Source: Flavobacteriales bacterium (GTDB lineage: Bacteria; Bacteroidota; Bacteroidia; Flavobacteriales_F; PHOS-HE28). Taken from it: a stretch of DNA of 64,000 nt. Position 1 is the first letter of the stretch. Each line of letters starts with the position of its first letter. The stretch lies in NCBI GenBank assembly GCA_016703105.1, contig JADJCS010000020.1, positions 112,529 to 176,528 on the forward strand, written 5' to 3'. Of this stretch, positions 9,819 through 19,561 are shown piece after piece. The notes beneath the pieces were generated by a model. That model saw only the letters and a list, made by a program, of their open reading frames with translations, was not told the origin of the DNA and ran no database searches. Made by a program: the position numbers and the translations under genes.

Positions 9819-10598
9819 ATGGATGCCGCCATCGACGCAGCATTGGCGGCAGGGCGGGAGATACTGACCGTCTACGAGGCGGGCTTCACCGTGCAGGAGA
9901 AAGAGGACCGTTCTCCGCTCACCGAAGCGGATCGTCGGGCGCACACCGCGATCGCGCAGCATTTGGCCGCTACGGACCTGCCCTTGCTCAGCGAGGAGGG
10001 CCGTACGATCGCCGCCGATGAACGCCAGGCCTGGCACCGCTACTGGCTGGTGGATCCGCTGGATGGGACCAAGGAGTTCATCAAGCGCAATGGCGAGTTC
10101 ACCGTGAACATCGCGCTGGTGCAGGATACCGTGGCCGTGCTCGGCGCGCTCTATGTGCCGGTGAAGGATGTGCTCTACTTCGCCTGGCCTGGCGGTGGCG
10201 CTTGGCGACAGGAGCATGCGGCAACCCATGGGGCCATGTCGGCGTATGAACGGGCCGCGCGTTCCGTGCGCCTCCCCATGCCCCGTTCGCGCGACACCTA
10301 TACCATTGTGGCCAGCCGCAGCCACCAAAGCGCCGAGACCGATGCCTTCATCCGCCAGGCGGAGCAACAGCACGGCAAAGTGGAGCTCACAAGCATGGGA
10401 AGCGCTTTGAAGATCTGCCTGGTGGCCGAAGGTGCCGCCGATGTTTACCCGCGTTATGCCCCCACCATGGAGTGGGATACCGCCGCTGGTCATGCCATCT
10501 GTGTGGAAGCGGGCCGGGAATTGTTCGACGTCATCACCAACGCACCCATGCGTTACAACAAGAACGAACTGGTGAACAACTGGTTCATCGTTCAATAG
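9819..10598 (+). CDS. cysQ: 3'(2'),5'-bisphosphate nucleotidase CysQ
   Basis: [12 protein letters not shown] and EEG metal-binding motifs. The N-terminus [19 protein letters not shown] parallels E. coli CysQ [20 protein letters not shown] (from memory). Confidence 0.85.
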   Translation: MDAAIDAALAAGREILTVYEAGFTVQEKEDRSPLTEADRRAHTAIAQHLAATDLPLLSEEGRTIAADERQAWHRYWLVDPLDGTKEFIKRNGEFTVNIALVQDTVAVLGALYVPVKDVLYFAWPGGGAWRQEHAATHGAMSAYERAARSVRLPMPRSRDTYTIVASRSHQSAETDAFIRQAEQQHGKVELTSMGSALKICLVAEGAADVYPRYAPTMEWDTAAGHAICVEAGRELFDVITNAPMRYNKNELVNNWFIVQ

Positions 10599-10614
10599 AA
10601 GCACACACCCATCC

Positions 10615-11730
10615 ATGGCGAAGAAGAAGGCATCCAGCACCAAGCGCAAAGTGGCTTTGATCACCGGCGTGACCGGACAGGACGGTGCGTACCTGAGCGA
10701 ACTCCTCCTGAACAAAGGCTACGAGGTGCATGGCATCAAACGCCGCAGTTCGCTGTTCAACACGGACCGGATCGACCACCTTTACCACGACATGCACGAG
10801 AAGGGCCGTCCCTTCCACCTGCATTACGGCGACCTCACCGACAGCGTCAACTGCCTTCGCTTGGTGAAGGAGGTCCAGCCGGACGAGATCTACAATCTCG
10901 CGGCCATGAGCCACGTGGCGGTGAGCTTCGAAATGCCTGAATACACCGCCAACGCCGATGGCATCGGCACGCTGCGTTTCCTGGAGGCCATCCGCATCCT
11001 GGGCATGGAGAAGAAAACGAAATTCTACCAAGCTTCCACCAGTGAGTTGTACGGGGGCGTGCTGCCGAAAGCTCAGAACGAAGAGACGCCCTTCTACCCC
11101 AAGAGCCCGTATGGTGTGGCGAAGCTCTATGGCTTCTGGATCACCAAGAACTACCGCGAGAGCTACGGCATCTTCGCGTGCAACGGCATCCTCTTCAACC
11201 ACGAGAGCCCGTTGCGCGGCGAGACCTTCGTTACCCGCAAGATCACTCGCGCCGTGGCGAAGATCAAGCTCGGCCTGCAGGACGCGCTCTACCTCGGGAA
11301 CATCGATGCCAAGCGCGACTGGGGCCACGCGAAGGACTATGTGGAAGGTATGTGGCTGATGTTACAGGCCAAGAAGCCCGATGACTTCGTGCTCGCCACC
11401 GGCAAGACCTACACCGTGCGCCATTTCATCGACCTGGCCTTCGCGGAAGTGGGCATCAAGCTCGAGTGGAAAGGCAAGGGCGTACACGAGAAGGGCGTTG
11501 ACAAGAAAACGGGCAAGACGCTCGTGGCCATCGACAAGCGCTACTACCGCCCTGCGGAAGTGGATCATCTGGAAGGGGACCCGCGCAAGGCACAACGCGT
11601 GCTGGGCTGGAAGCACAAGTACGACCTGAAGGCCCTGGTGAAGGAGATGGTGCAGAGCGATGTGGAACTCTTCAAGCGCGACGTTTACCTCAAGAAAGGA
11701 GGACACAAGATCCTGCATGAGCAGGAATGA
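10615..11730 (+). CDS. gmd: GDP-mannose 4,6-dehydratase
   Basis: [35 protein letters not shown] Rossmann start and a full-length SDR-extended Gmd signature (YGVAKLY). Confidence 0.95.
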   Translation: MAKKKASSTKRKVALITGVTGQDGAYLSELLLNKGYEVHGIKRRSSLFNTDRIDHLYHDMHEKGRPFHLHYGDLTDSVNCLRLVKEVQPDEIYNLAAMSHVAVSFEMPEYTANADGIGTLRFLEAIRILGMEKKTKFYQASTSELYGGVLPKAQNEETPFYPKSPYGVAKLYGFWITKNYRESYGIFACNGILFNHESPLRGETFVTRKITRAVAKIKLGLQDALYLGNIDAKRDWGHAKDYVEGMWLMLQAKKPDDFVLATGKTYTVRHFIDLAFAEVGIKLEWKGKGVHEKGVDKKTGKTLVAIDKRYYRPAEVDHLEGDPRKAQRVLGWKHKYDLKALVKEMVQSDVELFKRDVYLKKGGHKILHEQE

Positions 11731-11752
11731 TCGCGTAGCGATCATTCCGCAG

Positions 11753-11772
11753 GGGCGGAACATGTTCCGCCC
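11753..11772 (+). terminator. perfect 20-nt palindrome / hairpin after gmd
   Basis: GGGCGGAACA/TGTTCCGCCC, 23 nt after the gmd stop. No U-tract follows, which is common in Bacteroidota. Confidence 0.4.
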
Positions 11773-11858
11773 TTGAATGCAGGAACGCAAGACGCGATTC
11801 CGGGTCAACCCCGGGTCAAAAGCCCGGGGCGGAATGACAACGCCACAATGACAAGAAG

Positions 11859-12797
11859 ATGAACAAGACCGACAAGATCTACGTCGCAGGCCACCGTGGC
11901 ATGGTAGGCTCGGCGATCGTTCGCCGCTTGCAGAAGGACGGCTTCTCCAACATCATCACGCGCACCAGCAAGGAGCTGGACCTGAAGGAGCAGAGCGCCG
12001 TGCGTGACTTCTTCACGAGCGAGAAGCCCGATGTGGTGGTGCTGGCCGCGGCCAAGGTGGGCGGCATCCACGCCAACAACGTGTACCGTGCGCAGTTCCT
12101 GTACGAGAACTTGATGATCGAGAGCAACGTGATCCACTCCGCGCACGAGAGCGGCACGAAGAAGCTGCTCTTCCTCGGATCATCGTGCATCTATCCGAAG
12201 TTGGCGCCGCAGCCGCTGAAGGAGGAAAGCCTGCTCACCGGGCTCTTGGAGCAGACCAACGAACCTTACGCCATCGCCAAGATCGCGGGCATCAAACTGG
12301 CCGAGAGCTACCGCAGGCAGTACGGCAGCAACTTCATCAGCGCCATGCCCACGAACCTCTATGGGCCCAACGACAATTACGACCTGAACAACAGCCACGT
12401 GCTGCCTGCGCTCATCCGCAAGTTCCACACAGCGAAAGCCACGAACGCACCAAGTGTTGAAGTGTGGGGCACGGGATCGCCGATGCGCGAGTTCCTGCAC
12501 GTGGATGATCTCGCGGACGCCTGCTTCTTCCTCCTGCAGAACTACGACGAAGAGCTCTTCGTGAACATCGGCACCGGCGTGGACCTCACGATCAAGGAAC
12601 TGGCGGAGATGATCAAGGACATCGTGGGCTATTCCGGAGAACTGAAGTGGAACACCGAGAAGCCCGACGGCACACCGAGGAAGCTCATGGATGTTTCGCG
12701 CCTGCACAACTTGGGGTGGAAGCACCGCATCGGGTTGCGTGAAGGGATCACGAGCGTCTACGCCGAGTTCGCGAAGAGCGAGATGGCGAAGGCCTAG
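11859..12797 (+). CDS. fcl: GDP-L-fucose synthase
   Basis: [18 protein letters not shown] start, catalytic YAIAK, and full-length similarity to Fcl/WcaG. Confidence 0.93.
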   Translation: MNKTDKIYVAGHRGMVGSAIVRRLQKDGFSNIITRTSKELDLKEQSAVRDFFTSEKPDVVVLAAAKVGGIHANNVYRAQFLYENLMIESNVIHSAHESGTKKLLFLGSSCIYPKLAPQPLKEESLLTGLLEQTNEPYAIAKIAGIKLAESYRRQYGSNFISAMPTNLYGPNDNYDLNNSHVLPALIRKFHTAKATNAPSVEVWGTGSPMREFLHVDDLADACFFLLQNYDEELFVNIGTGVDLTIKELAEMIKDIVGYSGELKWNTEKPDGTPRKLMDVSRLHNLGWKHRIGLREGITSVYAEFAKSEMAKA

Positions 12798-12947
12798 AAC
12801 CAATTCGGGAGCACCGTCCTTGGTGGACCTGCGCCCGTTGCATGTGGTCGTGTGGACGCACACGCGATCAACGCGGCGCCATACGACCTATCTTGGCCAG
12901 GACCACGATCCAGCCCGGTCGGCAACTGACGCGATGCGGTCCTGAAC

Positions 12948-15137
12948 ATGCACGAGAAGAAGACGCGCCGCCTCGCGGCGATCATGTTCACCGACATCGT
13001 GGGGTATACCGCCCTGATGCACGGGGATGAGGCGGTGGCGACCACCGCTCGGGCGCGCCACCGGGCCGTGTTCCGGCAGCAACACGAACTGCATCATGGT
13101 GAGATCGTGCAGTACTACGGCGATGGTACGTTGAGCGTCTTCCAGAGCGCGATCGAGGCGGCGAAATGCGCGGTGGCCATCCAACGGCTGCTGCGGGAAG
13201 GAGAGCCACTGCCCTTGCGCATCGGCCTGCACATGGGCGACATCCTCTTCGACAGCACGGAGGTCTACGGCGACGGGGTGAACATGGCCTCGCGGATCCA
13301 GAGCATGGGCGTGGCCGGGGCCGTGCTGCTATCCGGGAAATTGAACGACGAGCTCAGGAACCATGGCTATCTTCCAACTGTCTCCGCAGGGTTCTTCGAC
13401 CTGAAGAACATCGCGCACCCGGTGGAGGTGTTCGCCATAGCCAGCGATGGTTTGGTGGTGCCCTCGCCGCACGATCTGGCAGGCGGGCGCAAGTCCCCGG
13501 ACAAGACCGTGGCCGTGCTGCCCTTCGTGAACATGAGCGCCAGTGCGGAGAACGAGTACTTCAGCGATGGGATCACCGAGGAGATCATCAACGCGTTGGC
13601 CAAGGTGAAGAGCCTGAAGGTGACCTCCCGCACGTCCTCGTTCCACTTCAAGGGAAAGAACGTTCCCATCAAGCAGATCGGCAGGGACCTCAACGTGGCT
13701 ACCATCCTGGAGGGCAGCGTGCGGCTGTCGGGTGACACCGTGCGCATCACCGCACAGCTGATCCAGGCCGAACAGGATTTCCACTTCTGGTCGGAAACGT
13801 GGGACCGCAAACTGTCGAACATCTTCGAGGTGCAGGACGAGATCAGCCTGGTGATCGCCGAGAAGCTGCGGGAGCAGTTCGGCCACTTCGCCATACAGGA
13901 GCACCTGGTGGAGAAACAGACCGACAGCATCGACGCGTACGGGTATTTCCTGAAGGCGCAGTTCCATGCGAACAAATGGAATCCCGCGGATGCCAGCGCC
14001 GCCATCGCGCTGTACGAGAAAGCGGTGGCGCTGGACCCTGGGCACACCGCATCGTATCTGGGCATGGCCCATTGCTATGGCTTCCTCGCCACCAGTGGGG
14101 CCATACCCCCCGAGGAAGGTTGGGCCAAAGGCAGGCACGCCGCCAAGGAGGCGTTGCGCCTGGACCCCCGCTCAGCCGATGCCCACCATCTCCTGGCGCA
14201 TCAGGCCTTTTTCGAAGCGAGCAACTTCGGGGAGGCCATGCGACATGCCCGGCAAGCGCTCGACCTGGAGCCGAACCACGTGGAGGCACACCGGTTCATG
14301 TGCTTTCTCCACAGCATGGCCGGCCACACGGAGCTGGCGCGCCCACACATGGAAGAAGTGCTGCGCCTGGACCCCCTTTCGCAGTCGACGCTTTTCCACA
14401 ACGCGTACTTCCACTACATGGCCCAGGACTTCGATGCGGCCCTGGAGCGGCTGGACCGATGCCTGGCCGAGAACCGCATGAACTTCCCCGCGCACTACAT
14501 CAAGTGCAACTGCCTGCTGATGATGGGCCGCTGCGATGAGGTGATCGCCTATTTCGGAACCATGCCGGCCGAACTTGTCCTGCCCGCCAATCGCATCGGC
14601 TTGACCGGTCTCGCCCATGCGTTGAGCGGAAGAGCGGAACAGGCGATGAAGTGCTTTGAGGAATTGCTGCCGTTCACCGAAGGCTCGGCAGGCTACGGCG
14701 CCCAGTACTACGTCTTCCTCATGCGGGCCAATATGGGCGAGAAGGACCGGGCGTTCGAGTGGGTGCGCTATGCGCTGGACAACTCCATCTCCGTCTGCAA
14801 TTTCGCCGACCCCTTGGTGAACGCCCTGAAGGACGATCCGCGCTACGCGGCCTTGCAAAAGGAGATCTATTTCGTTGCTCGTCCGGAGACCGCCGTGAAG
14901 GATGGAACGGAATCGACGGATGCGGACGCATCCGATCTCCTCGCGGTGCGCTTGTTGCGCCACATGAGCGAACGCAAGCCCTACCTGGATCCCGCTTTGT
15001 CGTTGAGGTCGTTGGCGGACCAGCTGGATGTTCACCCGAACCAACTGTCCTGGTCGCTCCAAGAAGCGATGGGTAAGAACTTCAACGAGTTCATTGATGG
15101 GTACAGGGCGGGCGCCGTCGCCCCTCCGCGCCGATGA
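12948..15137 (+). CDS. class III adenylate/guanylate cyclase - TolB-N-like module - TPR - truncated AraC-type HTH fusion protein
   Basis: N-terminus RRLAAIMFTDIVGYTALM...YYGDGTL...GDGVNMASRI (cyclase). Then KTVAVLPFVNMSASAENEYFSDGITEEI, followed by TPR-like helices. The C-terminus LSLRSLADQLDVHPNQLSWSLQEAMGKNFNEFIDGYR contains only the first AraC HTH. Confidence 0.85.
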   Translation: MHEKKTRRLAAIMFTDIVGYTALMHGDEAVATTARARHRAVFRQQHELHHGEIVQYYGDGTLSVFQSAIEAAKCAVAIQRLLREGEPLPLRIGLHMGDILFDSTEVYGDGVNMASRIQSMGVAGAVLLSGKLNDELRNHGYLPTVSAGFFDLKNIAHPVEVFAIASDGLVVPSPHDLAGGRKSPDKTVAVLPFVNMSASAENEYFSDGITEEIINALAKVKSLKVTSRTSSFHFKGKNVPIKQIGRDLNVATILEGSVRLSGDTVRITAQLIQAEQDFHFWSETWDRKLSNIFEVQDEISLVIAEKLREQFGHFAIQEHLVEKQTDSIDAYGYFLKAQFHANKWNPADASAAIALYEKAVALDPGHTASYLGMAHCYGFLATSGAIPPEEGWAKGRHAAKEALRLDPRSADAHHLLAHQAFFEASNFGEAMRHARQALDLEPNHVEAHRFMCFLHSMAGHTELARPHMEEVLRLDPLSQSTLFHNAYFHYMAQDFDAALERLDRCLAENRMNFPAHYIKCNCLLMMGRCDEVIAYFGTMPAELVLPANRIGLTGLAHALSGRAEQAMKCFEELLPFTEGSAGYGAQYYVFLMRANMGEKDRAFEWVRYALDNSISVCNFADPLVNALKDDPRYAALQKEIYFVARPETAVKDGTESTDADASDLLAVRLLRHMSERKPYLDPALSLRSLADQLDVHPNQLSWSLQEAMGKNFNEFIDGYRAGAVAPPRR

Positions 15138-15201
15138 TCATCGGCTCCGGTGCTCCATAAGCCGACGATCCCAGCCTGCTACCTTCGGCGGGCTTTTCCA
15201 T

Positions 15202-16791
15202 ATGCGTAACGCGTTCCTCTTGTCGCTCTTCGTTGCGCTGTGCAACAGTGTTCTTGCTCAGCAGAACGACATCCCGCTCCAGCGCGACATCTATCTGGAT
15301 GTGGAGCGCAATGCGGCCTGCCGGACCGCACGCATACATAGTGGCATGAAGCCATTGATCCGGAGCCGTGCCGACCTCACGAACGTGATGGGACATCGCC
15401 CGGACAAGAGCCGGCGGTACTACTGGCTCACGGAAGTTCTCTTCAGGCGCCACCTGGTCCAAGTGCGCCAGCGCGAGGTGCGTATCGATGCCGACCTGCT
15501 GCTGGACCTGCAACTGGGCCAGGACTTCCGCGATGTATCCGGTTTTGCTGATACCACCCGGTTCTATCAGAACACCCGCGGTTTCCGTGTGAGCGGCGAC
15601 CTTGGCCCACGCTTCAGTTTCGAGAGTTCCTTCTATGAGAACCAGGTCATCTATCCACAGTACCTCTGGTCCTACACGCGGGATCGTGGCGTGGTGCCCG
15701 GTCAAGGGCGTACCAAACCCTTCAATGGAAGGGCGTATGACTTCGCTTGGGCCACGGGCAACATCAGTTGGAGCCCGCGCCGCAGCATCAATGTGCAGTT
15801 GGGTCAGGGCCGCCATTTCGTGGGCCACGGGTACCGCAGTATGCTGCTCGGTGACAACAGTGCCACCTATCCGTTCCTGAAGGTGAGCTATCTGGGATGG
15901 CAGGACCGATTGCAGTACACCACGATCCATGGTCGCCTGCAGATGCTACAACGACTGCCTGAGGAGAACATCACGGATACGCTGTTCGAGACCAGCAGTG
16001 AGAGCCTGTTCTACTGGAAGCCTGTGAGCTTCCATCATCTCAGTGTCCACCTCGGACCAGTGGAACTGGGTCTTTTCGAAGCGAGTGTGTTCAAGGCCCT
16101 CGACAGCGCCGGTGCACGGCCCTTCAATGCGCTCACGATGAACCCGGTCATCGGCCTCAATACCGCATTGAACGGGTTCGATGGGGATCACAAGCAAGTG
16201 CTGGGGATCGATCTGTGCGTGAAGATCACCGACAAACTCAACATTTACGGACAAGGGGTGACCGATGGCCCCGGCCGCTACGGATGGCAGGCCGGTTTCC
16301 GTTGGTTCGACCTTTTCGGCACCGACCTGCACTTGCAGATGGAGTACAACCACGCGAGCCCGTTCCTCTACATGCAGCGCGATCGCCTGATGAACTACGC
16401 CCACACCCAGGAGGCGCTCGCGCATCCTTACGGCGCGTACTTCGACGAGGCGGTGGCCATTGTGGATTATCGCATCAAGGAGAAGGTGCTGTTACAGGCG
16501 AAGGTGAACCTGGCCACCTACCACCTCAACGGTCCGGATAGTCTGGGGAACAATTTCGGCTCTGACATATTACGGAACGACCTGCCTGCGCTGGGTCCCA
16601 TGGGCCCATTGGTACGGAACCTCACGTATGTCGACCTCAATGTGAGCTACCTCCTGAACCAGATGAGCAACATGCGCTTCACGGTCGGTTATTGGATGCG
16701 GGACCTTACGCCCGCGCCCGACCAGCAGAACTCCGGCTACCTCTACGCCGCTTTCCGCATGGCGCTCTTCAACCGCTATTACGACCTTTGA
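15202..16791 (+). CDS. predicted outer-membrane beta-barrel protein, Wzi/RemB-like (family assignment tentative)
   Basis: Signal MRNAFLLSLFVALCNSVLAQQ and a C-terminal aromatic ending (NRYYDL). It is a paralogue of 17914..19513. The first 58 codons of track ORF 15028..16791 are rejected. Confidence 0.8.
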   Translation: MRNAFLLSLFVALCNSVLAQQNDIPLQRDIYLDVERNAACRTARIHSGMKPLIRSRADLTNVMGHRPDKSRRYYWLTEVLFRRHLVQVRQREVRIDADLLLDLQLGQDFRDVSGFADTTRFYQNTRGFRVSGDLGPRFSFESSFYENQVIYPQYLWSYTRDRGVVPGQGRTKPFNGRAYDFAWATGNISWSPRRSINVQLGQGRHFVGHGYRSMLLGDNSATYPFLKVSYLGWQDRLQYTTIHGRLQMLQRLPEENITDTLFETSSESLFYWKPVSFHHLSVHLGPVELGLFEASVFKALDSAGARPFNALTMNPVIGLNTALNGFDGDHKQVLGIDLCVKITDKLNIYGQGVTDGPGRYGWQAGFRWFDLFGTDLHLQMEYNHASPFLYMQRDRLMNYAHTQEALAHPYGAYFDEAVAIVDYRIKEKVLLQAKVNLATYHLNGPDSLGNNFGSDILRNDLPALGPMGPLVRNLTYVDLNVSYLLNQMSNMRFTVGYWMRDLTPAPDQQNSGYLYAAFRMALFNRYYDL

Positions 16792-16798
16792 GCGCGTC

Positions 16799-17917
16799 GT
16801 GAAAGAGCACGGGTATATCCTCCTGTTGGGCGCGATCACCGCGTTCGTAGTGGTGTTGTTCACCATGCCGAGCTTGATCAAGGTGGCGCGGATGAAGCAC
16901 CTGGTCGACGAACCCGGCGACGCACGCAAGGTGCATCACCGCAGTGTGCCTACGATCGGGGGCATCATCATTTTCGCCGCGGTCCTTTTCTCTTATGCGC
17001 TCTGGTTCCCCCAGGCCAAAATGCTCGCCATCGCCGGCACGGGCTACGAGGCGATGTACGTGGCCATGGGCAAGGCCTATACGGATTTCAAGTTCGTGCT
17101 CGCGGCGATGGTGCTGCTCTTCTTCATCGGTGTGAAGGATGATATCATCGGCTTCAGCCCGGTGAAGAAACTCGTGGGCCACATGATCGTGGGCTACATC
17201 CTGGTGATCATGGCCGGCATCCGGATCACCGGTATGCATGGGCTCTTTGGGGTCTATGAGCTTTCGGAACCGATCAGCATCGCGTTGAGCTTTTTCACCT
17301 ATGTGGTGCTGGTGAACGCCATGAACTTGATCGATGGGGTGGACGGCCTGGCCGGCGGCATCGGGCTCATCGCCTCCACCGTTTACGGCATGTGGCTCTA
17401 TATGGCGGGTGATGTGGCCCTGGCACTGCTCGCCTTTACACTTTCCGGTGCTCTTGCGGGCTTTCTTGTGTTCAACTCCCATCCGGCCCGCATTTTCATG
17501 GGCGACAGTGGGTCGTTGATCATCGGGGCCATCCTCGCTGTTCTGGCCATGAAAGTGGTGGACCATGATACAAGCCGGTTGCCCACCTATTTGCGCATGA
17601 TCCCAACGCCCATCTTCACCATGGCGGTGATCGCCTATCCGTTGGTGGACACCTTGCGGATATTCATCCATCGCTCCGCGCGGGGGGTGAGCCCTTTCGC
17701 AGCCGACAAGAACCACATTCATCATCGCCTCATGGACCTAGGCCTGGGCCATCGGGGCACCACCTTTATACTTTACGGCTATGCCCTGCTCATCGTGGGT
17801 CTCAGCCTGCTTACGCGCAAGTGGCACCCGAACGTAGGTCTGATGGTGCTGGGAAGCACCGCGTTGGTGCTGGCCCTGCTTCCTTTCGCCTTGCCGCTGA
17901 AGAAGCCCGCGCCATGA
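16799..17917 (+). CDS. MraY/WecA-family polyprenyl-phosphate sugar-1-phosphate transferase (GT4)
   Basis: DEPGDARKVHHRSVPTIGG and NLIDGVDGLAGG motifs with about 10 TM helices. GTG start at 16799. Confidence 0.88.
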   Translation: MKEHGYILLLGAITAFVVVLFTMPSLIKVARMKHLVDEPGDARKVHHRSVPTIGGIIIFAAVLFSYALWFPQAKMLAIAGTGYEAMYVAMGKAYTDFKFVLAAMVLLFFIGVKDDIIGFSPVKKLVGHMIVGYILVIMAGIRITGMHGLFGVYELSEPISIALSFFTYVVLVNAMNLIDGVDGLAGGIGLIASTVYGMWLYMAGDVALALLAFTLSGALAGFLVFNSHPARIFMGDSGSLIIGAILAVLAMKVVDHDTSRLPTYLRMIPTPIFTMAVIAYPLVDTLRIFIHRSARGVSPFAADKNHIHHRLMDLGLGHRGTTFILYGYALLIVGLSLLTRKWHPNVGLMVLGSTALVLALLPFALPLKKPAP

Positions 17918-19513
17918 AGTGGATCGGTGCCCTTTTGATCGTGGGCATGCCTTCGTTGATCCTGGCCCAACCTGGGTTGTTCCCCTTGAGCCGGGCGATG
18001 GAAGCCCCGCACGCAGCGGTCATGCATCGGTACAAGGTGGACCGCCATACTGCGGTGAGACCCTACTTGCGTAGCGATCTGGCCACGCTGCCCGGTTCGG
18101 ATAGTCTGCTGTCCGAGGGGGTGCTACCCTTTCTGGATCGCTGGGCGGGCAGGGACAGTTCCCGTTTCCGAGGCGGCCCCTTGCTCGACCTCAACGCAGG
18201 CCTCTCCAGCGGAAGGACCGCGCATGAGACCTATCGCCTGGGCGCGGGTTTCTGGGCCGAGGCCGCACCGCACCGATCACTCACCCTGCATGTGGACGGT
18301 ATGGCTTGGTCCGAGCGATTTCCCGAACACTTGGACAGCTTGGTGCAGGCCACGTCCGTCGCTCCCGGCGAAGGATACGCGTATGGTTCCGCGCCGGCTT
18401 ATCTGCACTATGATTGGAACGCCCATGTGAACTGGACCACCTCCCGGTTCTTCAATATCACCGTGGGGCGCGGCAAGAATTTCTGGGGCGAAGGTTACCG
18501 TTCGCTGATGCTCTCGGACAACGCCTACAGCTATCCCTACTTGCGCATCGCCACCACGTTCTGGAAGGTGCGGTACGTGAACCTCTACGCGCTGATGGAT
18601 GACATCCGCGGGGCCGACGGGGTGACAAGTGGCTTCCGCAAGAAGGCCACATCCATGCACTACTTGAGCTGCAACATCCATCCCCGCTTCAACTTCGGAT
18701 TGTTCGAGGCGGTGGTGTGGCAAACGAACGATCCGGACCGCCCACGCGGGTTCGACATCAACTATTGGAACCCGGTGATCTTCTACCGTCCGGTGGAATT
18801 CGGCCTTGGCTCACCGGACAATGCCATTCTGGGGTTCGCGCTGAACGTGAAGGCCGGACACAACAGCCTCTTTTTACGGCCAACTCGTCCTCGATGAGTT
18901 CCTGTTGCGCGAGGTGCGCGGTGGCACGGGCTGGTTCGCCAACAAGCAGGGGTTCCAAGTGGGATGGGTGGGCTATGAGGTCTTTCAGCAACGGGGACTG
19001 GATGTCCGCGCCGAGTTCAACTACGTGCGGCCCTTCATGTACACGCATAGCGATACGCGCCAGAACTATGCGCACTTCAACCAACCGCTCGCGCATCCGT
19101 ACGGCAGTAATTTCTATGAGGCGCTTGCCATGGTGGATTGGCGCAAAGGCCGTTGGAGCTTCCGCGAACACGTCGCTGTGGCGGTGATGGGCATGGATAC
19201 CGGGACCTTTTCATGGGGCAGCAACATCTATAGGCCGGAGAACGATCGCCCCACACGCGACGAAGAAGGCCGGTTGGAGAACTACAACTACTACCTTGCC
19301 GATCCCGTGCAGGCCACTTTGTTCACCAACGAGGTGCGTGCGGCTTACGCCATCAGCGAGCGTGGTGGACTGCGGCTGGAGGCCGCCTACCAGTTCCGCA
19401 GCTGGGTGCCCGAGTTGGGTCGCACCCTGGTCCAAAGTTGGTTCCGCCTGGGTTTAGTGGCCCTGTTGCGCGACCACAACTCGGATCAACAGGTGCGCGC
19501 GGTGCTTCCTTGA
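17914..19513 (+). pseudogene. Wzi/RemB-like outer-membrane protein paralogue, interrupted by a +1 frame change in a T5 run
   Basis: Track ORFs 17821..18897 and 18905..19513 are the two halves of one gene. ...NVKAGHNSLF / YGQLVLDEFLLREVRGG... joins if one T of TTTTT (18871-18875) is removed. The joined sequence aligns with the paralogue's ...CVKITDKLNIYGQ... The start ATG 17914 overlaps the upstream stop (ATGA). Confidence 0.8.
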
Positions 19514-19535
19514 CCCGGGTGATCGGGGCAAGGGT

Positions 19536-19543
19536 TACTTTTG
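19536..19543 (+). promoter_or_regulatory. candidate -7 promoter box (TACTTTTG) for the oxidase accessory operon
   Basis: Exact TAnnTTTG. It overlaps the TTG 19541 used by the ORF track and favours GTG 19562 as the real start. Confidence 0.4.
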
Positions 19544-19561
19544 CGGCGCTTTCTTCGACAC

